Virus record (IMG/VR): IMGVR_UViG_2974637922_000001 | Span: 64,001 to 128,000 of that record | Source of the DNA: a virus | Lineage: Duplodnaviria; Caudoviricetes | Strand: one strand, 5' to 3' | Length of the DNA stretch: 64,000 nt | Shown here: positions 31,530 to 41,279 of the stretch, one piece after another | Layout: each line of letters begins with the position of its first letter | How positions within the stretch are numbered: the stretch's first letter is position 1 | Program-made: the position numbers and the translations under genes | The notes under the pieces: model-generated | Told to the model about the DNA's origin: nothing | The model's input: only the letters and a program-made list of their open reading frames with translations | The model's database searches: none

Positions 31530-33290
31530 ATGGGAAGGTTATTCGGTTTTTCAATTGAAGAAGACGACATCCAACGCCCTGGATCGATAAGTCCGGTTCC
31601 CGAAAATAACCAGGATGGTGTAGATTACTATGCCTCTGGTGGTGCGTTTGGTTCTTCTTACGTTGATATTGAAGGTGTATTTAGAACAGAGTATGATCTG
31701 ATTCGTAGATACAGAGAAATGGCACTCTACCCCGAAGTGGATTGTGCGGTAGAAGATATTGTCAATGAAGCAATTGTTAGTGACCTATATGAATCACCAG
31801 TTCAGATTGAACTCAGTAATGTAGATGCTAGTGAGAAAGTAAAGAATATTATTCGTGATGAGTTCAAATACATCAAGGAGATGTTGGACTTTGATAAGAG
31901 AGCACACGAGATTTTCCGTAACTGGTATATCGACGGTCGTATGCACTACCTGAAGGTTATCGACTTCGAGAGACCCCAAGATGGTATTATGGATCTACGA
32001 TATATTGATCCTATGAAGATCAAGTTTGTTCGTAAGATCAATAACAAAGCACAAAATAGTCCTATTGCAAGTAAGGTACTAACACTAAACAATACTGGAG
32101 CACAGATTCCTAACGGTAGAAACGATGCTTTCAGTGCTGGTATTGATGAGTATTATGTTTATACTCCTGGCGCATCTACTGGTGGTTGTGGAACTGCTGG
32201 TATGGCAGTTGGTAACTCAGCACAATCATCCATCAAGATTGCTAAAGATTCAATTGCCTACTGTAACTCTGGTCTAGTTGATAGAAACGCACAGACAGTT
32301 TTGTCCTGGATTCACAAGGCAATCAAAGCGGCCAATCAACTCCGTATGATTGAAGACTCTATTGTTATCTACAGACTATCAAGAGCACCAGAAAGAAGAA
32401 TCTTCTATATTGATGTTGGTAATCTACCCAAAGTAAAGGCAGAGCAATACCTACACCAGGTGATGCAGAGATATAGAAATAAGATGACGTATAACGCATC
32501 TACTGGTGAGATGAAGAGTGATAAGAAAGTACTTTCTATGTTGGAAGACTTCTGGTTGCCTAGAAGAGAAGGTGGTAGAGGAACAGAAATCTCTACACTT
32601 CCCGGTGGTCAGAACCTAGGTGAGATCAGTGACCTAGAGTATTTTAGGAATAGACTATATGATTCCCTAAACGTACCTCGTTCCAGACAACCTGGTTCCA
32701 GCGATGGTTTTAGTTTGGGACGTTCCAGTGAAATTCTAAGGGATGAAGTTAAGTTCTCCAAGTTCGTAGCTAGACTCCGTAAGAGATTTGCTGGTCTATT
32801 CAATGATATCCTAAAGACTCAACTGATTCTCAAGAATATCATTACTCCCGAAGATTGGGAGATGTTAAAGGATAACATCCAGTATGATTTCCTCTATGAC
32901 AACCATTTTGCCGAACTCAAAGATACTGAACTTATGCAGGAGAGATTCAATCTCCTAGCACAGGCAGAACCTTATATCGGTAAGTATTATTCCCAACAGT
33001 ATATCAGAACTAAAATCCTCCGTCAAACTGACGGTGAGATGGTAGAGGAAGATAAGCAAATTGAGAAAGAAATTGAGAGTGGGGCTATTCCAGATCCCGC
33101 TCTTATTGATCCCATTACTGGGGAACAAATGATTCCTGGTGGTGAATCTCCACCTGTTCCAGGAGAAGATCAACCTCAAGATGGTGTTGGTGGTAAAGCT
33201 GAAATGGGAGCCCCTATTCAAGATAATGATGTGAAGGTTAACATTGATCGGTCTACCAAAATGCCTGAAAAGGGATTAGGTGAAATCTAA
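31530..33290 (+). CDS. g20: Portal vertex protein gp20
   Basis: 'IYRLSRAPERRIFYIDVGNLPK.KAEQYL', 'EDFWLPRREGGRGTEISTLPGGQNLG'. Confidence 0.97.
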   Translation: MGRLFGFSIEEDDIQRPGSISPVPENNQDGVDYYASGGAFGSSYVDIEGVFRTEYDLIRRYREMALYPEVDCAVEDIVNEAIVSDLYESPVQIELSNVDASEKVKNIIRDEFKYIKEMLDFDKRAHEIFRNWYIDGRMHYLKVIDFERPQDGIMDLRYIDPMKIKFVRKINNKAQNSPIASKVLTLNNTGAQIPNGRNDAFSAGIDEYYVYTPGASTGGCGTAGMAVGNSAQSSIKIAKDSIAYCNSGLVDRNAQTVLSWIHKAIKAANQLRMIEDSIVIYRLSRAPERRIFYIDVGNLPKVKAEQYLHQVMQRYRNKMTYNASTGEMKSDKKVLSMLEDFWLPRREGGRGTEISTLPGGQNLGEISDLEYFRNRLYDSLNVPRSRQPGSSDGFSLGRSSEILRDEVKFSKFVARLRKRFAGLFNDILKTQLILKNIITPEDWEMLKDNIQYDFLYDNHFAELKDTELMQERFNLLAQAEPYIGKYYSQQYIRTKILRQTDGEMVEEDKQIEKEIESGAIPDPALIDPITGEQMIPGGESPPVPGEDQPQDGVGGKAEMGAPIQDNDVKVNIDRSTKMPEKGLGEI

Positions 33291-33321
33291 ACCTAATAAA
33301 TAAAACATATATCTTTTTATT

Positions 33322-33549
33322 ATGGAAATCGACACATCGGTTGTGGATGCCATTGTGAGTGGTGAAACACCCGCAGGTATTACACAATCCATTAAGGATC
33401 TTCTGTATGCAAAAGCAAGCGAAAGGGTTGATACCTATCGTGATGTAGTAGCAGACAGAATGTTTGGTGGTTCCGAAGTTCCCGAAGGGGAAACAGAAGA
33501 ACCAGTAGCCGAACTTGAGAGTGATGAGGAAGGGGTAGAAGAAGAGTGA
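33322..33549 (+). CDS. Small acidic prohead core protein (gp67-like position)
   Basis: 75 aa acidic, 'IKDLLYAKASERVD'; between g20 and g21; AATAAATA box at 33295-33302. Confidence 0.6.
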   Translation: MEIDTSVVDAIVSGETPAGITQSIKDLLYAKASERVDTYRDVVADRMFGGSEVPEGETEEPVAELESDEEGVEEE

Positions 33550-33803
33550 TTAAGATTGTATTCTCCGAGGTTGATAGTCCAACGGACTCTGACCAGGCAA
33601 TCAGTCTCAACAACTCTAGTGGTGTTAGGGCAATTAATTGTTCTAAAAAACCATATCTACTCTACCTAATCGATAACATAAGTGGAGAGACTAGATCACT
33701 TACATTAGTGAGTAATGAAAGTCTTATCCTTAAAAAACACAGTTACGATAAGGTATATGCTTCATCGAAAACTGTTCGTATCGCTGGAGTAAGCATCTAC
33801 TAA
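33546..33803 (+). CDS. Hypothetical head-module protein
   Basis: 85 aa beta-rich ORF coupled between the gp67-like gene and g21. Confidence 0.6.
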   Translation: MIKIVFSEVDSPTDSDQAISLNNSSGVRAINCSKKPYLLYLIDNISGETRSLTLVSNESLILKKHSYDKVYASSKTVRIAGVSIY

Positions 33804-33804
33804 C

Positions 33805-34455
33805 ATGAAACTAATTACAGAAGAAATTAACAAGGTTGAATTTATTGTCGAAGAAAACAATGGCAAACAGTCATGTTTTATTGAGGGAAACTTCCTTCAG
33901 GGCAATATTAAAAACCGAAATGGTCGTGTCTATAGAACCGAGACACTAGCCCGTGAAGTTGCCCGTTACAATGAACAGTATGTTCAGAACGGACGCGCTC
34001 TCGGTGAACTTGGGCATCCTGATGGACCCACAGTTAACTTGGACCGAGTATCACATAACATTATTTCACTTCGTCAAGAGGGAAATAATTTCATAGGTAA
34101 GGCAAAACTTCTTGATACTCCTATGGGAAATATCGCTAAGAGCCTTATTGGTGAAGGTGTTAAGCTTGGTGTTTCTTCTCGTGGTGTTGGTTCCATTAGT
34201 GAAACGAAGCAAGGATATAAGCTTGTTGGTGAAGACTTTATGTTGGCAACCGCAGCTGATATTGTAGCTGATCCTAGTGCCCCAGACGCTTTTGTTCAGG
34301 GTATCATGGAAGGAAAAGAGTGGGTTTTTGTTAATGGACTCTTGAGAGAGAGTGACATTAAGAGCACACAGTCTACAATTGACAAACTAGTTGTCACAAG
34401 GGAACTTGAAGAGAAGAAGGTTCAACTTTTTCAAGATTTCCTTTCAAATCTATAA
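33805..34455 (+). CDS. g21: Prohead protease gp21
   Basis: 'MKLITEE', 'NRNGRVY', 'ALGELGHP', catalytic 'GVSSRG.GS', 'DIVADPSAPDAFV'. Confidence 0.95.
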   Translation: MKLITEEINKVEFIVEENNGKQSCFIEGNFLQGNIKNRNGRVYRTETLAREVARYNEQYVQNGRALGELGHPDGPTVNLDRVSHNIISLRQEGNNFIGKAKLLDTPMGNIAKSLIGEGVKLGVSSRGVGSISETKQGYKLVGEDFMLATAADIVADPSAPDAFVQGIMEGKEWVFVNGLLRESDIKSTQSTIDKLVVTRELEEKKVQLFQDFLSNL

Positions 34456-34459
34456 ACTC

Positions 34460-34467
34460 TATAAATA
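34460..34467 (+). promoter_or_regulatory. Late promoter TATAAATA for g22/g23
   Basis: Exact consensus, intergenic. Confidence 0.85.
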
Positions 34468-34524
34468 AACATAGATTTATATTATATAAATTACACTCGT
34501 CGGTAGCAACCTATTTTACAAGAC

Positions 34525-35628
34525 ATGGAAAACGTAGTAACGAAAGGTGCTAAGTCGGCTGAGGCTATGGATAAAGTCTCACCCAGCGTAGTACCCGGAC
34601 AGTCAATCACCGATCTCGGTGGTCCTACTCCCGAAAACTATACTAATGAGCCTGACGGCTCTGCGAAGCTTAATGACGCCGGTGGTCCCCTCAAGAAAGT
34701 TGAGGATGTGGTCACCAAAGGCGCTAAGAAGTCAGAAGGTATGGAAAAGGCATCCCCAGAACCACCATCTGGTGGAACAACTGATGCCCGATCCGCTTCT
34801 TCACAAGCTGAGAAAGTAACAACCAAACCCCCCGGTCAAACCACTAAGGAAGAGACTGAGGTAGAGGAAGAGGAAGTTCTTATTTCAGAAATTGATATTG
34901 AAGAAGACGTAACTGCACTTCTAAGTGGTGAGGAGCTCTCTGAAGAATTTCAGAGTAAGGCTCGTACCATCTTTGAAGCGGCCATCCGTAACAAGGTTGC
35001 TATCGCTAAAGAAGAACTCCAAGTAGCATACGAAACTCGCCTAGTTGAAGAACTAGAGCTAGTACGTGAGTCAGTCGCTAGTCGAGTTGACGCATACTTA
35101 GAGTACGTAGCCGATGAGTGGATGGCTGAAAACGCCATCGCCGTCGAACATGGACTAAGAACTGAAATGACAGAGAGCTTTATCTCTGGCATGAAGCAAC
35201 TATTTGACAGTCACTATGTTTCAATCCCTGAAGAGAGATTTGATGTAGTAGAGTCCATGGTTGAGAAACTTGATGAAATGGAAGAAAAACTCAATGAGCA
35301 AATTGAGCGTAACATCACCCTAAACAGCCGTTTAGGTCAAACTGTTGCTGAAGGTATCTTCATAGAAGTATCTGAAGGATTAGCTGAAACCCAAAAGGAT
35401 AAGCTTATCGCCCTTGCTGAAAACGTTGAGTTTGATAGTGAAGCAGGTTATCGTGAGAAACTAGAGAGTCTCAAGGAATCTTATTTCCCTGGTAGACCCT
35501 CAACTATCGCGAGCAGAAACAGTGTAGAGGACCTTACTGAAGAGGTTAACGTTGGTGGGGAAGCCCGTCAGGTTACCGGTTCAATGGCCGCCTACCTACA
35601 GACACTCGATAGAGTTTCTAAAAAGTGA
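34525..35628 (+). CDS. g22: Prohead core scaffold protein gp22
   Basis: 'LSEEF..KA.TIFEAA', 'VD.YLEYV..EWM.EN', 'KLE.LKESYF'. Confidence 0.92.
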   Translation: MENVVTKGAKSAEAMDKVSPSVVPGQSITDLGGPTPENYTNEPDGSAKLNDAGGPLKKVEDVVTKGAKKSEGMEKASPEPPSGGTTDARSASSQAEKVTTKPPGQTTKEETEVEEEEVLISEIDIEEDVTALLSGEELSEEFQSKARTIFEAAIRNKVAIAKEELQVAYETRLVEELELVRESVASRVDAYLEYVADEWMAENAIAVEHGLRTEMTESFISGMKQLFDSHYVSIPEERFDVVESMVEKLDEMEEKLNEQIERNITLNSRLGQTVAEGIFIEVSEGLAETQKDKLIALAENVEFDSEAGYREKLESLKESYFPGRPSTIASRNSVEDLTEEVNVGGEARQVTGSMAAYLQTLDRVSKK

Positions 35629-35681
35629 ATTCTAAATTATTAGATCAAACAAAACATTTTTAACAATAGGTTTTAAAACAA

Positions 35682-37085
35682 ATGTACAATTCCGCAAACT
35701 CCGAATTTCTCCAGGAGAAGTGGGCACCAATCCTCGAGCACGGTGAGTCCATCCAGGACGCACACAAGCGTGCCGTAACTGCCCAACTTCTAGAGAACCA
35801 GGAAGTAGCCCTTTCCGAAGAGCGTGCTTTCCTTTCAGAAGCTCCAACAGTAAACACCGACCCTAACGCAACTGGCAACGCTGGTTTCTCTGGTAATGGT
35901 GATCAATCAGTAGCTGGTTTCGATCCAGTACTCATCAGCCTCATCCGTCGTTCAATGCCTAACTTGATGGCATACGACCTTTGTGGTGTTCAACCAATGA
36001 ACGGTCCTACCGGTCTTATCTTCGCGATGAGAAGCCGTTATGACTCACAGACAGGCGACGAGACCTTCTACAACGAAGTCAACTCTGCCTTCTCCGCACA
36101 GAACCAGTCCGGTACAGCTACTCAGGGTAACTACTCTGGTCAAGTTGGCGCTGGTAACACAGTTGGTTTCGGTACAACCGCACAACGTGGTTCTAACCCT
36201 TCAATCCTCAACCCCGAGCCCGGTGACCAAGTTGGTTACAACGTAGGTCAGGGTATGTTGACCCAGGACGCTGAGAACCTTGGCGAAACTGGTACAGAGT
36301 TCAATGAGATGGGCTTCTCAATCGAGAAGGTCACCGTAACTGCTAAGTCACGGGCACTCAAGGCTCAGTACAGCATGGAATTGGCTCAGGATCTCAAAGC
36401 GATCCACGGTCTAAACGCCGAAGCTGAACTATCTAACATCCTCGCCTCTGAAATTCTTTCAGAGATCAACAGAGAAGTTGTTAGAACTATCTACAAGTCA
36501 GCTGTATTCGGTGCTCAGAACAACGTAGCCACTCCTGGTGTATTTGACCTAGACGTTGATTCCAACGGTAGATGGTCAGTTGAGAAGTTCAAAGGACTTA
36601 TCTTCCAGATCGAAAGAGACGCTAACGCGATCGCGCAACAAACTCGTAGAGGAAAGGGTAACTTCATCCTTTGTTCCGCGGATGTTGCTTCAGCTCTAAC
36701 CATGGCTGGTGTACTTGACTACACCCCAGCACTCAACGCTAACCTTAACGTTGATGACACCGGTAACACCTTCGCTGGTGTTCTACAAGGTAAGTATAGA
36801 GTCTACATTGACCCATACGCAGCTAACGTCAGCAACAACCAGTACTATGTCGCTGGTTACAAAGGTTCCTCACCTTATGACGCTGGTCTATTCTATTGTC
36901 CTTACGTTCCTCTCCAGATGGTTCGTTCAGTTGGACAGGACACCTTCCAGCCACGGATCGGATTTAAGACCCGCTACGGCATGGTCGCTAATCCTTTCGC
37001 TGAAGGTCTTGAGGCTGGATACGGACGTATCACCCCTAACTCCAACGTCTACTACAGACGCGTTCAAGTCAAAAATCTTATGTGA
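35682..37085 (+). CDS. g23: Major capsid protein gp23
   Basis: 'LLENQE', 'GVQPMNGPTGLIFAMRS', 'AKSRALKA.YS.ELAQDLKAIHGL.AE.EL', 'FQPRIGFKTRYG'. Confidence 0.98.
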   Translation: MYNSANSEFLQEKWAPILEHGESIQDAHKRAVTAQLLENQEVALSEERAFLSEAPTVNTDPNATGNAGFSGNGDQSVAGFDPVLISLIRRSMPNLMAYDLCGVQPMNGPTGLIFAMRSRYDSQTGDETFYNEVNSAFSAQNQSGTATQGNYSGQVGAGNTVGFGTTAQRGSNPSILNPEPGDQVGYNVGQGMLTQDAENLGETGTEFNEMGFSIEKVTVTAKSRALKAQYSMELAQDLKAIHGLNAEAELSNILASEILSEINREVVRTIYKSAVFGAQNNVATPGVFDLDVDSNGRWSVEKFKGLIFQIERDANAIAQQTRRGKGNFILCSADVASALTMAGVLDYTPALNANLNVDDTGNTFAGVLQGKYRVYIDPYAANVSNNQYYVAGYKGSSPYDAGLFYCPYVPLQMVRSVGQDTFQPRIGFKTRYGMVANPFAEGLEAGYGRITPNSNVYYRRVQVKNLM

Positions 37086-37124
37086 TCCAATAGCTCCGAC
37101 GAGTTATCACATATGTGTTTCACG

Positions 37125-37148
37125 AGGACCCTTCGGGGTCCTTTTTTT
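37125..37148 (+). terminator. Rho-independent terminator after g23 (C-UUCG-G loop)
   Basis: AGGACCC-TTCG-GGGTCCT plus TTTTT. Confidence 0.9.
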
Positions 37149-37217
37149 ATGCACTCATAAATGGGAGCAGAGTGGTGATATCCCTACATCATGTTGCCGG
37201 ACGCAAATACTTAATGT

Positions 37218-37258
37218 TATAAATACTAGGAATACATACCTAGTGTATGTGTTATACT
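37218..37258 (+). promoter_or_regulatory. Late promoter TATAAATA (37218-37225) plus a possible extended -10 TGtTATACT (37250-37258)
   Basis: Both lie upstream of the beta-barrel gene, with an ACTAGG/CCTAGT hairpin between them. Confidence 0.6.
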
Positions 37259-37285
37259 TAACAGTCCGTATTCGGAGAAGAATTA

Positions 37286-37693
37286 ATGAGTCTTAAAATG
37301 ATTGCGCTAGCTAGTCTAGCTGCCCCCGCTGCACTACTAGCAGCACCTTCAGCACAAGCTGAAGTAATCTTTGCTGGCGAACCACAAGAACTAAGTGGTT
37401 TCTATGTAACCACCGAAGCCAACTCTGGTTGGACCGGTGATGACTACAGAGGATCCATCATTGATGTTCGCGCTGGTTACGAAGCCGCACTTACAGACAC
37501 AATCGACGCATATGTCGAAGTAGGTCCTGCCTTCCTAATGCCTGATGGTAGTGACAACACAACCGAAGTCGGAGCTGAAGTAGGTGCATCTATTGCCGCC
37601 ACCGATCACCTAGAATTCTACGGAGAATTCGAAGTCATCTCTGGTGATCTTAATGATTATGGCACCAAGTTTGGCGCTACATATCGCTTTTAG
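37286..37693 (+). CDS. Small outer-membrane beta-barrel protein with signal peptide
   Basis: Ala-rich signal ending 'AQA'; alternating amphipathic beta strands; C-terminal 'GATYRF' ending in Phe (BAM-type signal). Confidence 0.7.
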   Translation: MSLKMIALASLAAPAALLAAPSAQAEVIFAGEPQELSGFYVTTEANSGWTGDDYRGSIIDVRAGYEAALTDTIDAYVEVGPAFLMPDGSDNTTEVGAEVGASIAATDHLEFYGEFEVISGDLNDYGTKFGATYRF

Positions 37694-37758
37694 TGTTATA
37701 ATGTAAGTAGCTTGGGAAGCTGAGTTACTCACCCCTACCCAAGCGGTGGGGGTTTTTT
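37694..37758 (+). promoter_or_regulatory. Extended -10 promoter followed by an overlapping antiterminator/terminator
   Basis: TGtTATAAT (37694-37702); GCTTGGG/CCCAAGC pairing (37710-16/37738-44) competes with terminator ACCCCTACC/GGTGGGGGT+T5 (37731-37758). Confidence 0.6.
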
Positions 37759-37777
37759 ATTGCCTAGATAAACAACT

Positions 37778-38038
37778 ATGAACGGATCATTAGACCCAGA
37801 CGAAAGAGTGTTGAGTGCTAACTCCAAACTATCAGAAGTACCAGTATCCCTACAAAGGGCTATTGATATTCTTGGTTGGGATGATGTAGACGACATTCGT
37901 GTAGAGATTGGTGGATGTGCTACTAGTGGTATTCACCAGAAAGAAGACGCAAACCCAAAGTGGTCTCGTGAATTTGGTGATACTGTCTATAACAAGGACG
38001 CGTTTATTGTTATCAAAAATAGAAGCAGAAGTCAATGA
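37778..38038 (+). CDS. Conserved cyanophage hypothetical protein
   Basis: 86 aa; 'IGG...SGI.....NPKW....G....KDAFIVIKN'; ATGA-coupled to g3. Confidence 0.65.
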   Translation: MNGSLDPDERVLSANSKLSEVPVSLQRAIDILGWDDVDDIRVEIGGCATSGIHQKEDANPKWSREFGDTVYNKDAFIVIKNRSRSQ

Positions 38039-38616
38039 CCAACATCTACTACAAACAACTAGATAATAGAAACTTTATGAGTCCTATTGGATTCCAGTTT
38101 TCTATTGCTAGATATCCTAAAGTTTCTTTCTTTAGTAATAAAGCAGGACTACCTGAGATTCGTTTGGGTGGGGCAGAACAAGCCAACTATCTAAAACAGA
38201 TTATGCACCCTGGAGACAGGGTAGAGTATGGTGAACTCAATATTGAGTTCCTAGTGGACGAAGATATGTTGAACTATACTCTCATTCATAACTGGATTAC
38301 TGGATTGGGATTCCCAGAGACTCCCCAACAATTCAAAGATATCACCACCAATCAAAAAGGTGAAGATGATATGAAGATCCAGTATAGTGATGGAACACTT
38401 GCTATTTTGAATAGTAACTATAATACTATTGCGAAAGTTAAGTTCTGGGATCTATACCCCACTTCACTATCAACTCTTGAGTTCTCTGCTACAGATGCTG
38501 ATATCAATTACTTCATTGCAAGTACAACGTTCAGTTTCTTGTACTATCAGATCTTGGGTAAGGATAATGAACCCCTAACTCCTGAATTTGTAAACCAATC
38601 ATTGAATACTCGATGA
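38035..38616 (+). CDS. g3: Tail completion/tube terminator gp3
   Basis: 'NRNFMSPIGF.F...YPKV.FF', 'FLVDEDM.NY..IHNWI.GLGFP'; upstream of uvsY. Confidence 0.85.
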   Translation: MTNIYYKQLDNRNFMSPIGFQFSIARYPKVSFFSNKAGLPEIRLGGAEQANYLKQIMHPGDRVEYGELNIEFLVDEDMLNYTLIHNWITGLGFPETPQQFKDITTNQKGEDDMKIQYSDGTLAILNSNYNTIAKVKFWDLYPTSLSTLEFSATDADINYFIASTTFSFLYYQILGKDNEPLTPEFVNQSLNTR

Positions 38617-39047
38617 ACCTTGATGAACTTCAATCCATGTGGGAGCGTGACTCCAAGATGGATATGGATAACTTACACGATGAATCACTAAAGATACCCC
38701 AACTTCACCAGAAATACTTTACCCTGTATACCACTACCAAACTTCTAAAGAAGAAGGCAGAGGATACTATCAGTAAGGTGAGGTTGGAACGCCACAACTA
38801 CTATAGTGGCAAAGCCCCCGCAGAGGTATATGTGGAGGAACCCTTTCCATATAAGGTAAGGGACAAAGAATCTATGAACCTACACCTGAACGCAGATGAA
38901 AAACTGACGAAGGTGAAGTTGAAAATACAGTATTACGAAATGATGTTGGAGTATCTTGAGGATGTCCTCAGGATGATTCATGCACGTGGATACCAAATTA
39001 AAAACAGTATAGATTTCCTCCGGTTCCAAGCAGGGATCGGCATGTAA
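38613..39047 (+). CDS. uvsY: Recombination mediator UvsY
   Basis: 'W..DS.MD...L..ESLKIPQLH.KY', 'YYSGKA', 'RGYQIKNSIDF'. Confidence 0.88.
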   Translation: MNLDELQSMWERDSKMDMDNLHDESLKIPQLHQKYFTLYTTTKLLKKKAEDTISKVRLERHNYYSGKAPAEVYVEEPFPYKVRDKESMNLHLNADEKLTKVKLKIQYYEMMLEYLEDVLRMIHARGYQIKNSIDFLRFQAGIGM

Positions 39048-39052
39048 CAACT

Positions 39053-39241
39053 ATGAAACAATACGACTACTCAGTAGATCTCACAATAGATGATGTAAAA
39101 CTCATCCACCATTGTGTAACCAAGAGGATTGAAATGTGGGAGGGTTCTCCTGCACGTCCCCCAGAAGAACAAGAACACTTGTGGGCACTAAGGGATGGGT
39201 TTTTCACTATCATCCTAGAAGAAACATTTAATAGAAAGTAA
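39053..39241 (+). CDS. Hypothetical protein
   Basis: 62 aa; 'W.GSPARPPEEQEHL'; fills the intergenic space. Confidence 0.6.
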   Translation: MKQYDYSVDLTIDDVKLIHHCVTKRIEMWEGSPARPPEEQEHLWALRDGFFTIILEETFNRK

Positions 39242-39288
39242 TACTATTTGATGGCATATACATACTAATAGGTTATGCCTATTACATT

Positions 39289-40752
39289 ATGTCATCTGAC
39301 TTGACTATAACCAAAGTTAATGAAGTATATTTAAAAGTAGATTGTGACCCTCATATTCAGTATGAGTTGAGGGATGCTTTCTGCTTTGAAGTTCCTGGTG
39401 CTAAATTCCATCCGTCATACAGAAAGAAGTTCTGGGATGGAAATATTCACCTGTTCTCACCACAGACTAGACAACTATACGTAGGTCTATTGGATAGACT
39501 GATTGCCTTCTGTGATCAGTATGGGTATACGTATGCCTTTAAAGATAATAAGTTCTATGGTCTCCCATATGAGATTAACGAGAACATCTCCCCAGAAGGG
39601 GTTACAGACTGGGTGAAGTCTATTACCAGTTATAAACCCCGTGACTACCAGTTGCATGGTATCTACGCCGCTCTAAGGTCCAATAGGAAGTTGATTGTAT
39701 CTCCTACTGCATCTGGTAAGTCATTAATGATCTATGCCTTGGTGGCATACTACACACAGAAACACGAAAATATATTGATTGTTGTTCCTACTACATCTCT
39801 AGTGGAACAGATGTATAAGGATTTTGCAGACTACGGGTTTGATGTGGGAACGAACTGCCATAAGATATACGCTGGTAGAGAAAACACAACAGATAAACAA
39901 GTAACTATTACAACCTGGCAGTCTATCTACAAGTTACCTAAGACATACTTTCAGAAGTATAGTGTAGTGATTGGGGATGAAGCACACAACTTTAAGTCTA
40001 AGTCTCTAGTATCCATTATGAGTAAGTTGTGTGATGCAAAGTATAGATATGGGTTCACAGGTACTTTAGACGGGTCACAGACCCATAAGTGGGTGTTAGA
40101 GGGGTTGTTTGGTCCTTCATACAATACCATCAGAACAAAAGAGTTGATGGAGGCAGGTCATGTTGCTAAACTAGACATCAAAGTTCTTCTACTAAAACAT
40201 GATGAACAAATCTTTCCAAGATTTGAGGATGAAATCCAATATCTAATTGGACATGAGAAGAGAAACAAGTTTATCAGTAACTTATCTTTAGATCTAAAAG
40301 GTAACACTCTAGTTCTCTTTGCTAGGGTGGAGAAACACGGAGAGGTCCTCTACAATCTAATAAATAGTAAGGCAGAAGAGGGTAGAAACGTCTTCTTCGT
40401 TCATGGTGGTGTTGATGTAGAGTCCAGAGAACAGGTACGAACTATTACTGAGAGGGAGAACAATGCTATTATCATTGCCTCTTATGGAGTTTATAGTACG
40501 GGTATTAACATTAAAAACCTACACAACGTTATCTTTGCTTCCCCATCTAAGTCCAGGATCAGGAACCTGCAATCGATTGGTAGGGTACTGAGAAAGGGAA
40601 CAAATAAAGATAAGGCAATGTTATATGACATTGCTGATGACTGCACAAAAGGATCAAGAAGAAACTACACACTTAATCATCTTATAGAGAGGATCAAGAT
40701 TTACAACAATGAAAAGTTCAATTATGACATAGTAAATATCAATCTAAGGTAA
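39289..40752 (+). CDS. uvsW: SF2 helicase UvsW
   Basis: 'SPTASGKS', 'GDEAH', 'LQSIGRVLR'. Confidence 0.95.
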   Translation: MSSDLTITKVNEVYLKVDCDPHIQYELRDAFCFEVPGAKFHPSYRKKFWDGNIHLFSPQTRQLYVGLLDRLIAFCDQYGYTYAFKDNKFYGLPYEINENISPEGVTDWVKSITSYKPRDYQLHGIYAALRSNRKLIVSPTASGKSLMIYALVAYYTQKHENILIVVPTTSLVEQMYKDFADYGFDVGTNCHKIYAGRENTTDKQVTITTWQSIYKLPKTYFQKYSVVIGDEAHNFKSKSLVSIMSKLCDAKYRYGFTGTLDGSQTHKWVLEGLFGPSYNTIRTKELMEAGHVAKLDIKVLLLKHDEQIFPRFEDEIQYLIGHEKRNKFISNLSLDLKGNTLVLFARVEKHGEVLYNLINSKAEEGRNVFFVHGGVDVESREQVRTITERENNAIIIASYGVYSTGINIKNLHNVIFASPSKSRIRNLQSIGRVLRKGTNKDKAMLYDIADDCTKGSRRNYTLNHLIERIKIYNNEKFNYDIVNINLR

Positions 40753-40756
40753 TCTT

Positions 40757-41161
40757 ATGAATGAGGTAAGACTAGCAGCAATCAAATTAGATAGTGGTGA
40801 AGAAATTATATGCTATGTCGTAGACGTAGTAGATAGGGGTTTGAATAAGAACCTTATAATTAAAGATCCACTTAAAGTTGAATATGTAGAAAGTACTAGA
40901 AAGAAAGCATATAAATTTACTCCATGGTTTCTACTAACTACAAGTAGGGAACATGAAATAGACATGAATAAGATCTTTGCTATCACAGGTGTCTATGATG
41001 AAGAAGTTAAAAAAGAATACACTAAATCATTTCACTTACAAATTGGACCACATAGTTTCAACCATACCAGTGAAACTGGTTATGTTGGATCAGTGAATAG
41101 GTTTAGAAAGCTTTTAGAGAAGATCTATAAGGAGGTGCCAAGTTCTCCTGATGAATGCTAA
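40757..41161 (+). CDS. Hypothetical protein, putative Sm-like beta fold
   Basis: 'AIKL.SGEEII', 'I.DPL.V', 'F.PW'; between uvsW and g55. Confidence 0.65.
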   Translation: MNEVRLAAIKLDSGEEIICYVVDVVDRGLNKNLIIKDPLKVEYVESTRKKAYKFTPWFLLTTSREHEIDMNKIFAITGVYDEEVKKEYTKSFHLQIGPHSFNHTSETGYVGSVNRFRKLLEKIYKEVPSSPDEC

Positions 41162-41188
41162 GCGACCCCTTTTCAACTCCACAAGAGT

Positions 41189-41217
41189 ATTATAACGACC
41201 ACCTGTTCAAATGGCAA
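41189..41217 (-). promoter_or_regulatory. Antisense sigma70 promoter TTGCCA-N17-TATAAT
   Basis: Reverse complement of tggcaa (41212-17) and attata (41189-94), with a 17-nt spacer. Confidence 0.65.
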
Positions 41218-41240
41218 GTATGAACCCCAAGGTATTCGTG

Positions 41241-41249
41241 TGTTATAAT
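41241..41249 (+). promoter_or_regulatory. Extended -10 promoter for g55
   Basis: TGtTATAAT 30 nt upstream of the ATG. Confidence 0.6.
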
Positions 41250-41279
41250 ATAAACATACTCAGATCCTAAGGAAATGAC

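Noticed and set aside
36709-37296. 195-aa + strand ORF overlapping the end of g23
   Set aside because: Alternative frame of g23 running through its terminator and the next promoter; no protein-like features.
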